DNA from: Fimicolochytrium jonesii
Lineage: Eukaryota
NCBI RefSeq assembly: GCF_025526975.1
Contig: NW_026515701.1
Location: forward strand, 248,001-312,000
DNA length: 64,000 nt
Direction of reading: 5' to 3'
Shown here piece after piece: positions 39,548-51,593 of the stretch; within the stretch, counting starts at the first letter, position 1, and each line of letters starts with the position of its first letter. The translations under genes were made by a program, and so were the position numbers. The notes under the pieces are model-generated. The model was not told the origin of the DNA. It was given only the letters and a program-made list of their open reading frames with translations, and did not search any database.

Positions 39548-40484
39548 TCATCCCTCCACCCCTCTCCTCGCGAAATGCAAAGCCCTCAGCATCCCATTTA
39601 TCCCCTCATAGGTGCCACCCGTCCCTCCTATCTCAGTCGGCGGTGAATACTGCTGTTGATGGTGTGTATGTGTAGCCCCAAACGACGGCCCAGCCTCCAG
39701 ATCAGCCCGCCGACGTGTCTCGTGCAGATCGTACAAATATGTGTTTATGTCAGCGTATGGGTTGGGGTGTTGTAAGTGGGGATTTATGTCATCTGGGGTT
39801 GATTGTGAGTGCCGGTTGGGTTGGTGGAGGGAGCGTGTGGAGATGCGTATGGAGCTGAGTGGGTTTTCAGATGGGATGTGATTCTGTTGTGGGGCGTGAT
39901 GTGGTGGGATGTGGTATTGTTGAATGCGATGTTGTGCGATATCCGGTTGTGGGAAATCCGCCGGCGGATGGGTTGCAAATGTATCTTCAGCAGAGCGGCT
40001 TAGCAGCCTGAGGAGAATAACAGCGTGGGGACAAAGCTCTCTAGCATGGTAATGCATGTCCTCCTCCATCAAACACATACCTTTCCTTGACCACAGGCTG
40101 TCCCTCCATCGCCTCCACTCTCGCACGCTTAAGATGTTGATGCTGCCCAAAGTCCCCTTCTCCGCCTACATACCCATTCCCTTTCCACCCATTTATCCCA
40201 CTTCCTCCATTCCCACTATCCATCTCCACACCCTCCCCCTCCCTAGCCTTCCTCTTCAAATTCCTCACTGCCGGCATGGCAAACTCATACCCTGGCCGCT
40301 TGTACGAGAAGGAATTATGTAATGGGAGGGGGTATACGGGGCAAGCAAGCATCGGATGATCATCTTCGTCGACGTCGGGATGCGGCCAGGGGGGCGTTGC
40401 AGTGTAGGGAGGTGGTGGAGAGGGGACTGCTGTTCCGGGGAACGTTGGGAAGGCGGTGGGGGTTTGGACGGTTGGAAATGACAT
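39548..40484 (-). CDS. Disordered hypothetical protein with KRK NLS-like motif and C-terminal helix YEGINGMLRALHFARR (intron 40008-40080)
   Basis: A GTATGT...CTCAG intron joins the two ORFs in frame. Confidence 0.6.
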
Positions 40485-41280
40485 GCGGGGAGTCTGATGG
40501 TTCTGGGAGAAGCCGACTAGGCGGGGTATGTATGCTATGGCCCGTTTGAGTGTCGAGAGGATTGCCTCCGCAGAGGTCTATCGGTGGAGAAAGCCGTGGG
40601 AAAATCAGCAGTTTGTGCGTGAAAATGTCCCCGCAACGACGCGTTTATCGTTGCCCGAACTCTTGACAATCTGACCGCGAGGATGAGAAGTTGAGACGGT
40701 TCTCCGTGTACTCTCCTCTCAATGCCACCTCGCGACCGCAACGGCATGGCCTGTGCCATCAGGCCCGTTTCCAGCCCTCTAGATCTAGGTACAGAGGTAC
40801 ACGGCATGCCAATCTCACATGCAATGCATATCCATGTGGAAGTCATCACCGTGGGACCACCACGACCATCAGTGATGTGCAACAAGTGAATGTAATCCCA
40901 GCGCTCAGATTGACAGGGCCCATCCATTTGAGTCAGGCCCGTGTCTCCGTCCACCTCGCGTAATTGTCCAAAAATCCCTGGGAAAAGGCCCTCCAAACAG
41001 GACCCTTGGGTGTCCCATTAACCCCACCGGACGACCAGCATTCAAAAATCTAATCTTACAAAAGCCTGGTGGTAGACAGGGCAAGTCAGTAGGACGTCGT
41101 GTGGTGGATACCCCTGTGTTTGGGGAAGCTGCGTTCTGTTGACTTGTGCGTGATCTTGGCAAGGTAGGAATTGGGAGGGGATCATACCCGCAACATTTTC
41201 TGCATTTGCAACCCCTGCAACCTGGCCCCTCACTCACCCGTTATGTTTCGCTGTATCAGAAGCAAAAAGCGGCTTCCACA

Positions 41281-44200
41281 ATGCGCGACTCGGAGTTGGG
41301 AGAGATGGTGATGGTGTTCGAGGATGACGATGTGGCGACGCAGAAGGATGAGGTTCACGGGACGGACGTATCTGTCTTCGTTAACGGTGACCTTGACGAC
41401 GACGATGCACGGTCGGATACAACAGTCCCATCCCACCCACCTGCTGTTACCGTCGCCAAAGGGGCCCTGGATATGCTCACGGGAAGGGATATTATCTTGC
41501 CCGCTGACGCGTGCTTCATGTCGCATCACGATCATCGACCGTTGCTCGACCCAAGGATAGCAAGGGTCGTCAGTTCCGTGTCCAGTGCTTGCAGGATATC
41601 ACTGCGAACCGCGTCGATTCTCGTCGAGATCATTTTTGAGTCTCTCAAGTTCTCCGCTACAACATCCTTGTCGTTCACACGCCGAGCGCTGGTTGCCGCT
41701 GTGTCCTCAGCGCGTACCGTGCATCTCATTGCCATGGGCAAAGGCCGAAAGTGAGTCAGCAGGCGCCCTCTTTGAGGAAAACGATGCGACTTGCCATGCT
41801 GACGCCTTTCTGACGCGCCATAGAGACAGCCTGTCCTTCTTCAAAGTGTTGGACAAGTACACATCTGCTGGCGTCTACGTGATCCACAATGTCTTCTCGT
41901 TGGCAGAGCTATTGACGCACACTACATTCCATTTGGCTTCATCGACGATTCAGTTCTCTTTGGAGGTATGGAGTCTATGATAATGGTGTTTACGATCTCA
42001 GCATCGCACCTTACATTCGGAGGTTCAGGCGGCAGAAGAATGTGTACAGGTGCTGGATGGGCTCTTCGGGGAGACGGAGACATCGAAGGCATTGGCTGCC
42101 TTCATCTGCTTAGTCAAAAAGGAGCTGCGCGGGCATGAGGATGATCTTTTCATCAGTCAAGGAAGATGCGGCAGATTGTCGGCACTGGGCCAGATCACGA
42201 AAGCGTTGACGGTGAGTTGCGGTGTACAACCCTGTACTGCCTGGCTCAATAGGGTCGTACTCATCCAGATGAACACCATCAATCAGGCGTACTGCTGTCT
42301 GCAATATGTGAATCGGAAGCGCTGGAGACAGTCACTCAAACTTACGCCGATCTTCGAAGGTCATGTGCGGGTTGCGGAACTCGAGGAATTACCAGCGCCA
42401 GACATCCCCCGTCAAATCACCGACGGCTCGGAACAGCGGAAGAAAGCGGATGACATGAGCTACACAGATCTACTTTCGCTGGCGCTTCAAAATCCCGACC
42501 ATCAGCTTACGTCTATGCCACTGAACCGGGCGCGGTTGCTAAATGCAATGGAACGTCGACGGATGTCCAACCCAGAGCGGTGCTCCACGTTGCCAATCCG
42601 ATTATCGGACATTGATGGTGCTGAACCGCGTCGTGCACTTCTCCAAGATTTGGTCGGACTGAATGGGAATGTTGCTGCCTATGGAGAGCTTTCCGACGCT
42701 GACAACTTCGAGAGAACAGAAGATCATCGGCATTCACCTCTCACTTTCGATGGAAGACGCACCCGGACAAAATCTGGCCAAAACATTCCATATCGGTTGC
42801 AACCAGAGCAAGTCAGCAATGTACTCCAGATGCTCGAGACAGTGCAAAGCACTAGCCGCGAAAAACATGCCCACAAATGGGAACGACACTATTCCGAATG
42901 CAAAACGATGAAGCACAAACTGCGGCCACACTCCCTCGTTCAGTCCACTGCTCCGCTTCTCCTACGACCACCATCACCTCGTCAAAAGCTTTTTGAGAAG
43001 ATCACCCGCTATGTCCGCTTTGCAAGTGGAGCATACGGAACGAACTTTCTCAAAATTCTGGGGTACGAATATTGGGTTTGAAAACACAACTTGTTTCATA
43101 TTTTCAAACATAGGCTCACCTCCCGTTTGCAGAATTGGGAGAGCGCGGGACTTCCTCCTTGAACATTCGACGGACCATCACAACCACCAAAGCTTTGCCT
43201 TTCACACTGACGTGCCAGTGGAGCATATCCTCACGTCCTCTTTTCGTGATCCAACTGTGCTGCATCCGCCATCGTTGATTGCACCAGTGCACTATCTCGT
43301 TGTGGATGCCAAAACCTCCGCGGTTGTTGTTAGTTTGCGTGGAACCCTAGGTCTCTCCGATTTGATCACAGTACGTTATGACGGAGCCTCCCGAACCTTA
43401 TATACCGCCGTCTTTGTTGACCCGAGGTATCTCAGGATTTGACAAGCAGCTACTCCGCATACACAACTTTCGATGGGCATCCGGGCAAAGTGCACTCGGG
43501 AATGCTCGCATCAGCAGAGAAAATAGCTCGAGGACCCGTTCGGAAAGCAGTCTGCGAAGCATTGATCAAGCATCCTGGATTCAGCCTTGTGCTCACCGGG
43601 CACAGTCTAGGCGGTGGGGTTGCTGCACTGCTGGCACTTCTATGGTCGCGAAAGTCGCTGGACAACAATGGAGAGCACGTGTTTGTCACAAGTGATTCGA
43701 GTGGCTTCCCTGAACGACAAGTTCACTGCTTCGTTTATGTGAGTATGGACTTGGAGTGTCAGTCTGCAAACGGGACTTAACTGACAAATCGAGCGGTCCC
43801 AGGGTTCACCGGCAGTCATGTCACTCGACCTCTCCAATCACTATAAGCACCTCATTACCTCTATCATTTATCGTGGGTACTGATGCCGCGTCTTCATGCG
43901 TTCCAGAATCCTTTCCTAATAGTTATCTAGGCCATGATATCGTCCCATGTCTGTCGCTTGGACTGTTGCGCGACTTCCGAAATGTCGCTGTCAACCTGTG
44001 CCAGGAGCAGGGCATGGCAGAGCGGGTCATCGGTAACGTTCTTGGTGTATTTAAAAAGTATCCCTCCGCCACTCCGCCGGAAGAAGCAAACCATGAAGAT
44101 GATTTGTGGTATTGGGCTTTGCTGAAAACGCTTCGAGCTGACATGTGCGCCGAAAAGCTGTATCCACCGGGTTCAGTGTAAGGGCAGGCCCTGGAAGCTC

Positions 44201-44578
44201 ATTACTGGCTTGAGGCTCACTTCATTTTGGATTTCAGATACTGGATCGACGCCACGACACCGGCAGTCACAGCAGCATCGTTTTCTGATCTTCATGGTCC
44301 TCCATCTCCATCGGCCGCCCCAGCGGCGGACTCTTCGAAACCGCCCAAGAAAGCCACGGCGCTCACGGTGCACGAAGTTGACGATGTGGAAACGGCCTTC
44401 TCGGAATTCACTTTCTCCCGGACAATGTTCCTAGACCAGTGAGTCCAAGTCTTGGGAGAAGCGGGTTCTGTTATGAAGTCGCAATATTTACTTGATGTTT
44501 CACGCCAGCTCGCCATACTCGTACGAAAGAGCTTGCGGAGCACTCACGGCCGCCATGAAGACTCAAGAATGGGAGTGA
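41281..44578 (+). CDS. Class-3 lipase (DAG-lipase-like), multi-exon
   Basis: RFASGAYG, VVSLRGTLGLSD, VHSGML, LTGHSLGGG (nucleophile), DIVPCLS, KLYPPG, MFLDHSPYSYE. Confidence 0.9.
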
Positions 44579-45573
44579 GCTCGGCATTTTATTCGACCGT
44601 CGGACACTTATGCAACTGGACAATTATGAGCCGGACGACCCGCGTTGCGTTTGACATTGAACCTTTTCGGCACACGGACATTTCCGATTTGTCACCGTAC
44701 TTGCGGACATTTTTGCTTTTTTCCCTTCATTCGGACTTTCGACGAACAATTTTTCTCATCCCTGTACAATCTCTTTGTCCCCACACGCGATGTGCGATGT
44801 GGTCCCATGACTTATTTTCGTTCCCATGTATATTTCCTTCCCATATTTCCCGAGACCAGCCCCCATCCTTCTGGGATGGCGCACGACCCAGGTTTCATGT
44901 AGCCATACTCAATCCTATATTTTTGATACCATGTTGTTTCATCCTCGGGAAGTAGATCCCGGGTCTTGTTACTGACTATCTTTTAACTCAAAGGACGTCT
45001 CCCAGAAACACAATGTTGAGGTCGCGGAAAGCGGATTTGATTGCGGTCGTCTCAAATCATGCAAGTTTTATGTACTGTACAGCGTGGAGGATGCAAAGAT
45101 GCATTATCAAGGGTCGGGCCTCGCTTTGACTTATCGATAACGATCTACAGCTCCACCAAAGGGGAACAGGGGCACAGGCGCTTCGCTTTATCAACGATTC
45201 GGAAGCAGAATGAATGGCGGACACATTCTCGTTGTTCCACGCGGACTGCACTCTCGTTATGATTGTGCTGATGGGTGGAGGGGGCGTGTCTATCACTACG
45301 GGGCCATGTCGACCGTGACAGGGTGTGCATACTACGACCCATGGCGTTTGCTCCTGCTAGCGTATCTTGCCGTTGAACTGCCAGCCAAGCGACGTCGTGG
45401 AGAGGTAAGGCCGAGTGACCAGCAGTGGGCAGTTCCGGTGGTTGGACAACCGACAGACTGAAGCGTAATGAGGCCCCTGCGAGGAGCGGTAACCGCAGGC
45501 CAACTCTGCCCAGGTGCCCACCCTGCAGCGCCCGTGGTTGACGGTTCAACAGTCACGCCGAACAGAGCTCCGA

Positions 45574-47449
45574 TCATAAGACGATATAATCGGAAAGATG
45601 CCCTCCCCCAGAATGCAGCGGCAAGCTCAGCTCCGCTTTCCGAAGCGCGTCCTCGAACGTCGCAGGTATCCCTTCCGCTTGCCCGTCCCTGATGTTTATG
45701 ACACCGACGTCCACTTCCGCCTCATGCCCCTCAGCCCCATTTGCGCCACTAATATCGAGCGACGGTGCAGCATCCTCCTCTTCTATGTCCTCGCCAACCT
45801 TCCATACAGCGACCGCGTCGATGATCGCCCTCATATTCGCCAGCGTATGTCTCAGATTCACAACAGGAAGATGTAGATGATTCATCAACTGTTCGATATC
45901 CTTGTTCAACAAGAATACAGCGTAGTCGAACCGTATCCGCTCCACACCCTTGGAATACAACGGGAGAATTTTACTGCCGGTATAGTGCTCCGAGACGGTA
46001 TCGGTGACAGTCGAGCGGGATGACATGGATCTCAGGGGGTATCTGAGTGGGACGTCAAGATAGTGGGCTATCATGTTCAGAAGATGGGAGCTGAATCCGA
46101 GGGCGGTAGCTATTTGGTCATCGTCGTGGCCTGCGAAATTTGAATTGGGAAGCCGGAGTCCCCGTATCGTCCAGGCGTCGCCGTCGCTGTCGATGGGTAA
46201 TATGGATGCGGCGCCTGCAATGAGATCTTTGCGTCGTCGGCGGATCTCTGCAGCCATCGATGCGACGGACTCTTCTGTTTCGCCCAATGACATGTGATCC
46301 TGCCTCAGCTCGCTCGTCTGCTCCACCAGCTCTTCCCAGAAGGATGATAGGCCTTCTTCACTCGACAAACGCTTCTTCGGCAGGTCCGACGCATCCTTTC
46401 TAAGCTTCTCCACCTCTTCTGTGTCTACTTTCAGTTTTTCCCTTATCAGATTCAGCCGGTGAGAAAGATGCCGATGCTGTTCCATCCGGTCCCGCCGGCT
46501 GCGATGCTTCGAGCAAATCTCTTCCGCCTTCTCAATAAGACCGGACACGTCCTGCTGCTCATGACATAGCTCCCGCTGCGCTGCCAGCACGGCCATGAGC
46601 GTCTCATAGGAATACGAGTTGCGCGATGCTGCGGAATGCACCGAGACCTTGGTCGGCTCTGAATGATCAGACTCCGACGCAGGCATGTCCCTTGCGGGAA
46701 CATAGAATCGTCCACCAATCTCCAAAAAGATAGCGTTGCGTTCCGACGCTTGTGGCTCATGATCTATGCTCGTCCTTATGCATTTGAGCCGCTGTAGATC
46801 CACCACCACCTCATCGCAACATCCGAAGGGTTTTTCAGAGTGTTTCGCGGCCCAAACTTTGAGCACGAACTGTGATCCGGACCATGGCGTCTGGCGTGAG
46901 CACGCAGAACGATCAACCGACTGCCACTTCGGGTTCCGAGACGCCTCGATGACTTCGCTGATATAAAAGGGTGAATCGTCCGGTTGGGACCGCGCGGTAT
47001 CGACGGGGGAAAGTGTATAGTACGCGTCCAACAAGTCGGTCGATGTCGCTGTTTTGCTTGCTCCGTAGCGTTCGTCGAAGAGGCGTTGCGCACTCATGGA
47101 ACGACTGATGCGTCTGATGGGCTGCTGGAGGCTGGGATGCGAGGACTTTCGCCGTCGCGCCAGGATTTGGGTGATCGCAAGGCTTCCATGAGGTGGTGTA
47201 GGTGATGCGGGCGCTCCATCGGAGCGATTGCTCTTCGACGACCCATCGTTATTATGTGTGACGACTGCCCTTGGCCCAACTTCCAAGGGCTTTTCCAGAT
47301 TCCTTATAAAGATGCAGTCCAAGTGCCGGATCCTTTTCTGCACGGGTCGACATGGGGGGTTTGAGAGTTCAGCAAACCGGGGGGTTGAGACCAGCGATAA
47401 CAGGACCTACCGTTTGACTGTTGCTGTCGATGGCTGACCCGTTATTCAT
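45574..47449 (-). CDS. VPS38: UVRAG/Vps38 (PI3K complex II subunit); short first exon
   Basis: RIRHLDCIFIRNL, C2-like FYISEVIEASRNPKW, coiled coil, TIRGLRLPNS, ATALGFSSHL, LRYPL, RFDYAVFLLNKDIEQL. Confidence 0.88.
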
Positions 47450-48059
47450 GCTACATGAGGATGCTAGCCGTCAATACGAAGGCCGTTGTCCCGCTTTATC
47501 TTGGGCTCCGCAGATCGCGAACTGTCGAGGAATGTGATCTCTGGCTTGCGGAGAGTATGCTTGTGCAACTTCCGCCCAGAGTCCGCCGACTGCTCAAAAA
47601 GTGACGTTTACCGCGCTTGCACCAAGTTGTACGTAACCGTGCGGGAATATCATGCAAGAGAGGGAGAAGGGCTATGGAAAAAAGCACAGAAACCACTCCT
47701 AGAAGGTGGGCAGGACAGGAAAGACAGTATGATCTCGTTCGATGGTGCCAGTTGCCGATTCCTTGCATTCATTGTGGACGCAGCGTAAACCCCAACATCC
47801 CAAGCTCGTGCAAGCAGCAGATCTATAATATTAACAATTCGGAAGAGTAACCTATGTGCATTTACAGTTGAAGCCATGGGCCGGAAACAAAGTACATGCC
47901 CTTTCCGGCAGCAAAGTATCCAGGATATAGGGGATTGCCAGAAGTGAGTGAATTCACGACCTCTATCAAGTACGCCACCGAGTAAGTACGCCAGTGCGGG
48001 TACATGAGCTGTCGAAGAGCAATGTCATGCTTCGACTAGTACCGGGAAGGAGTCGCTAC

Positions 48060-48851
48060 TCAAAGACTGGCCGATAAAGCACCCAATACGCCTGCTACGA
48101 ATGCGCCAGCCAGTGCAGACCAAGATCCGCCCAACACCTGCTTAGCCGAGTTGGGAGCTAAGCTATCGGGGTACACGGTCAATGGGCTAGCAGTCAAGAT
48201 CTTGAACGGCCTGCTGTTCACCGATCCAGGGAACGTATCGGGGATGCAGTTGGAGGTGCTCGCCGCGGGCCGCTGTGGGTCGATGTCGTCAGCAGCGATA
48301 TGGAGGAGGAAGGTGCCTCCCTGCATGGATGGAATGATCCACTGGTAGCTAGTGGCCTTTGGTGGGATAGCCTCGTCGATGGCAACCCATCCGTCAGCAG
48401 TGACCGGGCCGGGAATGCTGCGTTGGTAGTAGAGCGCTATTTTCTTGGCTGGGAACCGTGACCTGTCCGTGAGGTCGCTGTAGCCCCAGGTGACGTTCAG
48501 TGCGTTTCCGATAGAGCCATATTGGTTCGGGTTTGGGTCAATGATGTTGAACTGGCCCTGAGAGCTCCCACAAGGTGGTAGAGGCAGCGCTGAAGGGGTG
48601 GGGGTGGTCGAAGCGGAAGCACTGGGAGTGACCGTCACATTACCGGTGGCGGCAGGTGGTCGAGCAGTGCCAGAGGCGGACACGCTGGGTGTCGCTCCCG
48701 ACGGCGCTGGGCTAGCAGGAGCCAATGGTGTTGGCGCCGGAGCCGGTGCCGGTGCGGGCTGAGCATTGACAAATACTGCAAGGAGTAGGCAAGCAACGAC
48801 GGACAAGGTAATGGCCCTTGTCATGCTGTAAAGGTTTTTGTTGTTGACCAT
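48060..48851 (-). CDS. Secreted, probably GPI-anchored Pro/Ser/Thr-rich cell-surface protein
   Basis: Signal peptide, (AP)n linker, Ig-like NVTW...SYQW..P domain with Cys pair, omega-like NS and hydrophobic tail. Confidence 0.8.
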   Translation of the reverse strand: MVNNKNLYSMTRAITLSVVACLLLAVFVNAQPAPAPAPAPTPLAPASPAPSGATPSVSASGTARPPAATGNVTVTPSASASTTPTPSALPLPPCGSSQGQFNIIDPNPNQYGSIGNALNVTWGYSDLTDRSRFPAKKIALYYQRSIPGPVTADGWVAIDEAIPPKATSYQWIIPSMQGGTFLLHIAADDIDPQRPAASTSNCIPDTFPGSVNSRPFKILTASPLTVYPDSLAPNSAKQVLGGSWSALAGAFVAGVLGALSASL

Positions 48852-49274
48852 GTCTGGGAACTGGTGTCAGGAGGAGTGTGAGCCTCGTGAAAGAACTGCG
48901 ACGGGAACCTGGCCGATTGTAGTAGAGCGTCTGGAACTATGCAGTGGTAAGACAACGAGTTTTGATGCCGATGCAGCAAGTGTGGCTAATGTCAAAGCTT
49001 GCAGAATGGGGGTTGCTGCGAGAGCCTGCGAAGTCTTTTGTGGCCATACCGCTCTCTTTTGCCTTCGCCCGAAACAAATCACAGGGGTGGTGTGCCGCTA
49101 ACAACGTAGGCCGCATGGAAGACGCGTTCCCATAGATCAGAACAGCCCCAAGCTGACAAGAGAAATAAGGGCTTAAATCTACGATGGAGACTCAGATATG
49201 TACAAGACTATGCAAGATATATACAATTGGTGCAAATCCATGGAAACTCGCGGGCACTTGCGTGCGCAGAATTT

Positions 49275-51593
49275 CTACTTTCCGGCTCTCACCCACTCAG
49301 CAGCCATATCGGCCTTTCTCACAATCTCCCACGTCTTCGCCGCCGCTTTGTACCACTCCCTCTCTGACATCAGATACCAAGCAGGAACGCCAGATGGAGT
49401 AAAAGATGAAGCTCCGGCGCTAGTCAGATGCGCCTTAGACGACGTTGGTGTCTCCGAAGGTGCCGACGTCATCCCTGGTCTTCCGCTGTGGTTCGAATGT
49501 GTCTGGCTTGGTAGAGGTGATGTTGCCACCTGCTCGTGTGGGCCAAGACCCTTCCTCCTGCCCAGCACCGAAGCAGCTGGTGGTGAGGCATGAGGTGTCA
49601 TGTTCATCTGTACAGCAGGCTGATCAACCCCGCCTTCCGGATTCATGGTGCTCGTAGTAGTGTGGGTATTCTGCTGTTGGGTATCTGTATGACTGCCAGC
49701 CCGGGAGAGTTTACTTGTAGGCGTAGGAGCGGGGGTCGAGGGTACGTAGCGAGGCGTCTCGTAAACCTGAGTGAGAAGGATGGACGCCAGGGTATCATAG
49801 CGCGCGGGAATGCCAAAACCAATCAGGCGAGATGCGAGGGATCGCCGTTTTCGAGGACTCATGCTGACATCTGGCGCGGTATTCTCTGAGTCTTGTGAGT
49901 TTTCTGATATTCGAGGAAGTAGGAAAACATTTCCTTGAGAAGTTCCAATGCTATTGATGTTGGCATCCGACGGCGGGTACATCTTGGGAAACGCGTGTCT
50001 CAGTCCGATCGTCGGATGCCCCGACACTCCCGCTCGCGCCCCCTTGAATCTGGCCACAAATGCTTTTTCCGTCAAAGCAAGCGCATGTCTTTCATAGGCT
50101 GGTCCGGTGCAGTTCGTCCTCACAAACACGAGCTGGGGACGTGCTTCGTCCTTGTTGCCACTGGATGATGGAAACAGACGATGCCGCAAAGCCTCAACTC
50201 GGTGAAGAAACGAGAACGTATCTTCGTCGACGAGGTGCCGGAAAGATTGCTGCCGCTTGTGCGTGGTCGCATCCCCTCCATTCGCGAATTCCGTAAGACC
50301 GCTGCGCGATGCACTCTGCAACAACAGAGGCTGAATATTCTCGAGCTCTTCCTCAGCGGTGAGGTTAGCTCCGTCGCTATTCAGTGATGGGCTCACGATG
50401 AGTAATACGTGACAGACTGTAAACATGAACGTGGCAACCCTGATCGACTCCATGGTATCCTGCCTTCCCAACTGCTGTGTTGAAGGGGTATGTCCTACCA
50501 GCGACTGCGAATCCAGAATTACTACACGCTCTGGTGTTATGTGTAGATCGATCCCTGCTGTGGGCAACTGCGACGACGGACTTGCCGTCGGGTTCAAGAA
50601 GTGGGAGACGAGAGTGCTTTTGCCGGAGTCTCTCGGACCAATGACACCGACAATAAAGGAGCCGGGTATCTCGGATAAGGAGCGATGTATGGCCTCTGAG
50701 GTCTGGAACCGAAAATATTGGTCCACAAGCTTATGCGTTCGAGTTGCTGTGATGGGTAGTTGCTGCTGCGCGTACAGTCTTTGCGGCTCGTGAATATGGG
50801 CTGGCTCGTCTGCAAGCTTTGTACCTGTTGGGGTTGAGTGATGTTCGGGTTGCCCTGCTATCGCTTGTGCTGGGGGCCTTCTGAGTAAGAGACCTGTCGG
50901 CATTATGGTGGGCTTCGAGAGTTGTCCGCCACCGCCGCCGGATTGCGGTCTCCTTTCCAGCAATGGACCGTTTTCCGCATTTTTCCTTCCCTTGTCTCTG
51001 CCCCTTCCACGTTGGTCTCCCCTCTCACGGTCACGGTCACGGTCGCGGTCACGCTCACCATCCGGGTCTCTCTGACGGTCGTGTTGCCCTCCACGACGGG
51101 AATGTTGACCTGATCCCGAGCCGGATCTCTCGACCCTGGTGCCGGAACCCCCTTCCGCGCGGCCTGCCAAGCTTCTTTCCACGCGCGGTTGTCTTCCATC
51201 GTTCGCTCTGCTGTCTGCGGTTGCTGCATCATCTCTGTCATCGGGTGCAATCGTCAGGGTCCGCAACTCACTAACTCCGCTACGGTTTGGTGAATGCTCA
51301 TTCGGAGGAGCTTGCTGTCTCCGGCGCGGTGCCCGTCTGTTGGCTGACTTTGGCGATCCGGAGGCAGTGGACGGCGGTCCTTGTCCGCCTTCTGAGAACT
51401 CGTCCCTCCGTGAGTGCCATCCCTGCAAAGGTTCCGATAGCTTTGAAGGCTGAGCCGACAACGAGACTGCCTGAGACGGCGGCTGGGGTGGGTTCAGACC
51501 GTGGGGCGGGTGGGGCGGTTGAGGAGGACGAGGAGGTTGTGGTGGCTGAGGCGGACGATTAGGCTGCGGCGGTCGAGGCGGCGTCGATGACAT
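49275..51593 (-). CDS. SMG9: Nonsense-mediated decay factor SMG9-like P-loop protein, intronless
   Basis: IVGVIGPRDSGKSTLVS, GIDLHITPERVVILDSQ, FMFTVCHVLLIV, and C-terminal MSEREWYKAAAKTWEIVRK. Confidence 0.85.
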   Translation of the reverse strand: MSSTPPRPPQPNRPPQPPQPPRPPQPPHPPHGLNPPQPPSQAVSLSAQPSKLSEPLQGWHSRRDEFSEGGQGPPSTASGSPKSANRRAPRRRQQAPPNEHSPNRSGVSELRTLTIAPDDRDDAATADSRANDGRQPRVERSLAGRAEGGSGTRVERSGSGSGQHSRRGGQHDRQRDPDGERDRDRDRDRERGDQRGRGRDKGRKNAENGPLLERRPQSGGGGGQLSKPTIMPTGLLLRRPPAQAIAGQPEHHSTPTGTKLADEPAHIHEPQRLYAQQQLPITATRTHKLVDQYFRFQTSEAIHRSLSEIPGSFIVGVIGPRDSGKSTLVSHFLNPTASPSSQLPTAGIDLHITPERVVILDSQSLVGHTPSTQQLGRQDTMESIRVATFMFTVCHVLLIVSPSLNSDGANLTAEEELENIQPLLLQSASRSGLTEFANGGDATTHKRQQSFRHLVDEDTFSFLHRVEALRHRLFPSSSGNKDEARPQLVFVRTNCTGPAYERHALALTEKAFVARFKGARAGVSGHPTIGLRHAFPKMYPPSDANINSIGTSQGNVFLLPRISENSQDSENTAPDVSMSPRKRRSLASRLIGFGIPARYDTLASILLTQVYETPRYVPSTPAPTPTSKLSRAGSHTDTQQQNTHTTTSTMNPEGGVDQPAVQMNMTPHASPPAASVLGRRKGLGPHEQVATSPLPSQTHSNHSGRPGMTSAPSETPTSSKAHLTSAGASSFTPSGVPAWYLMSEREWYKAAAKTWEIVRKADMAAEWVRAGK

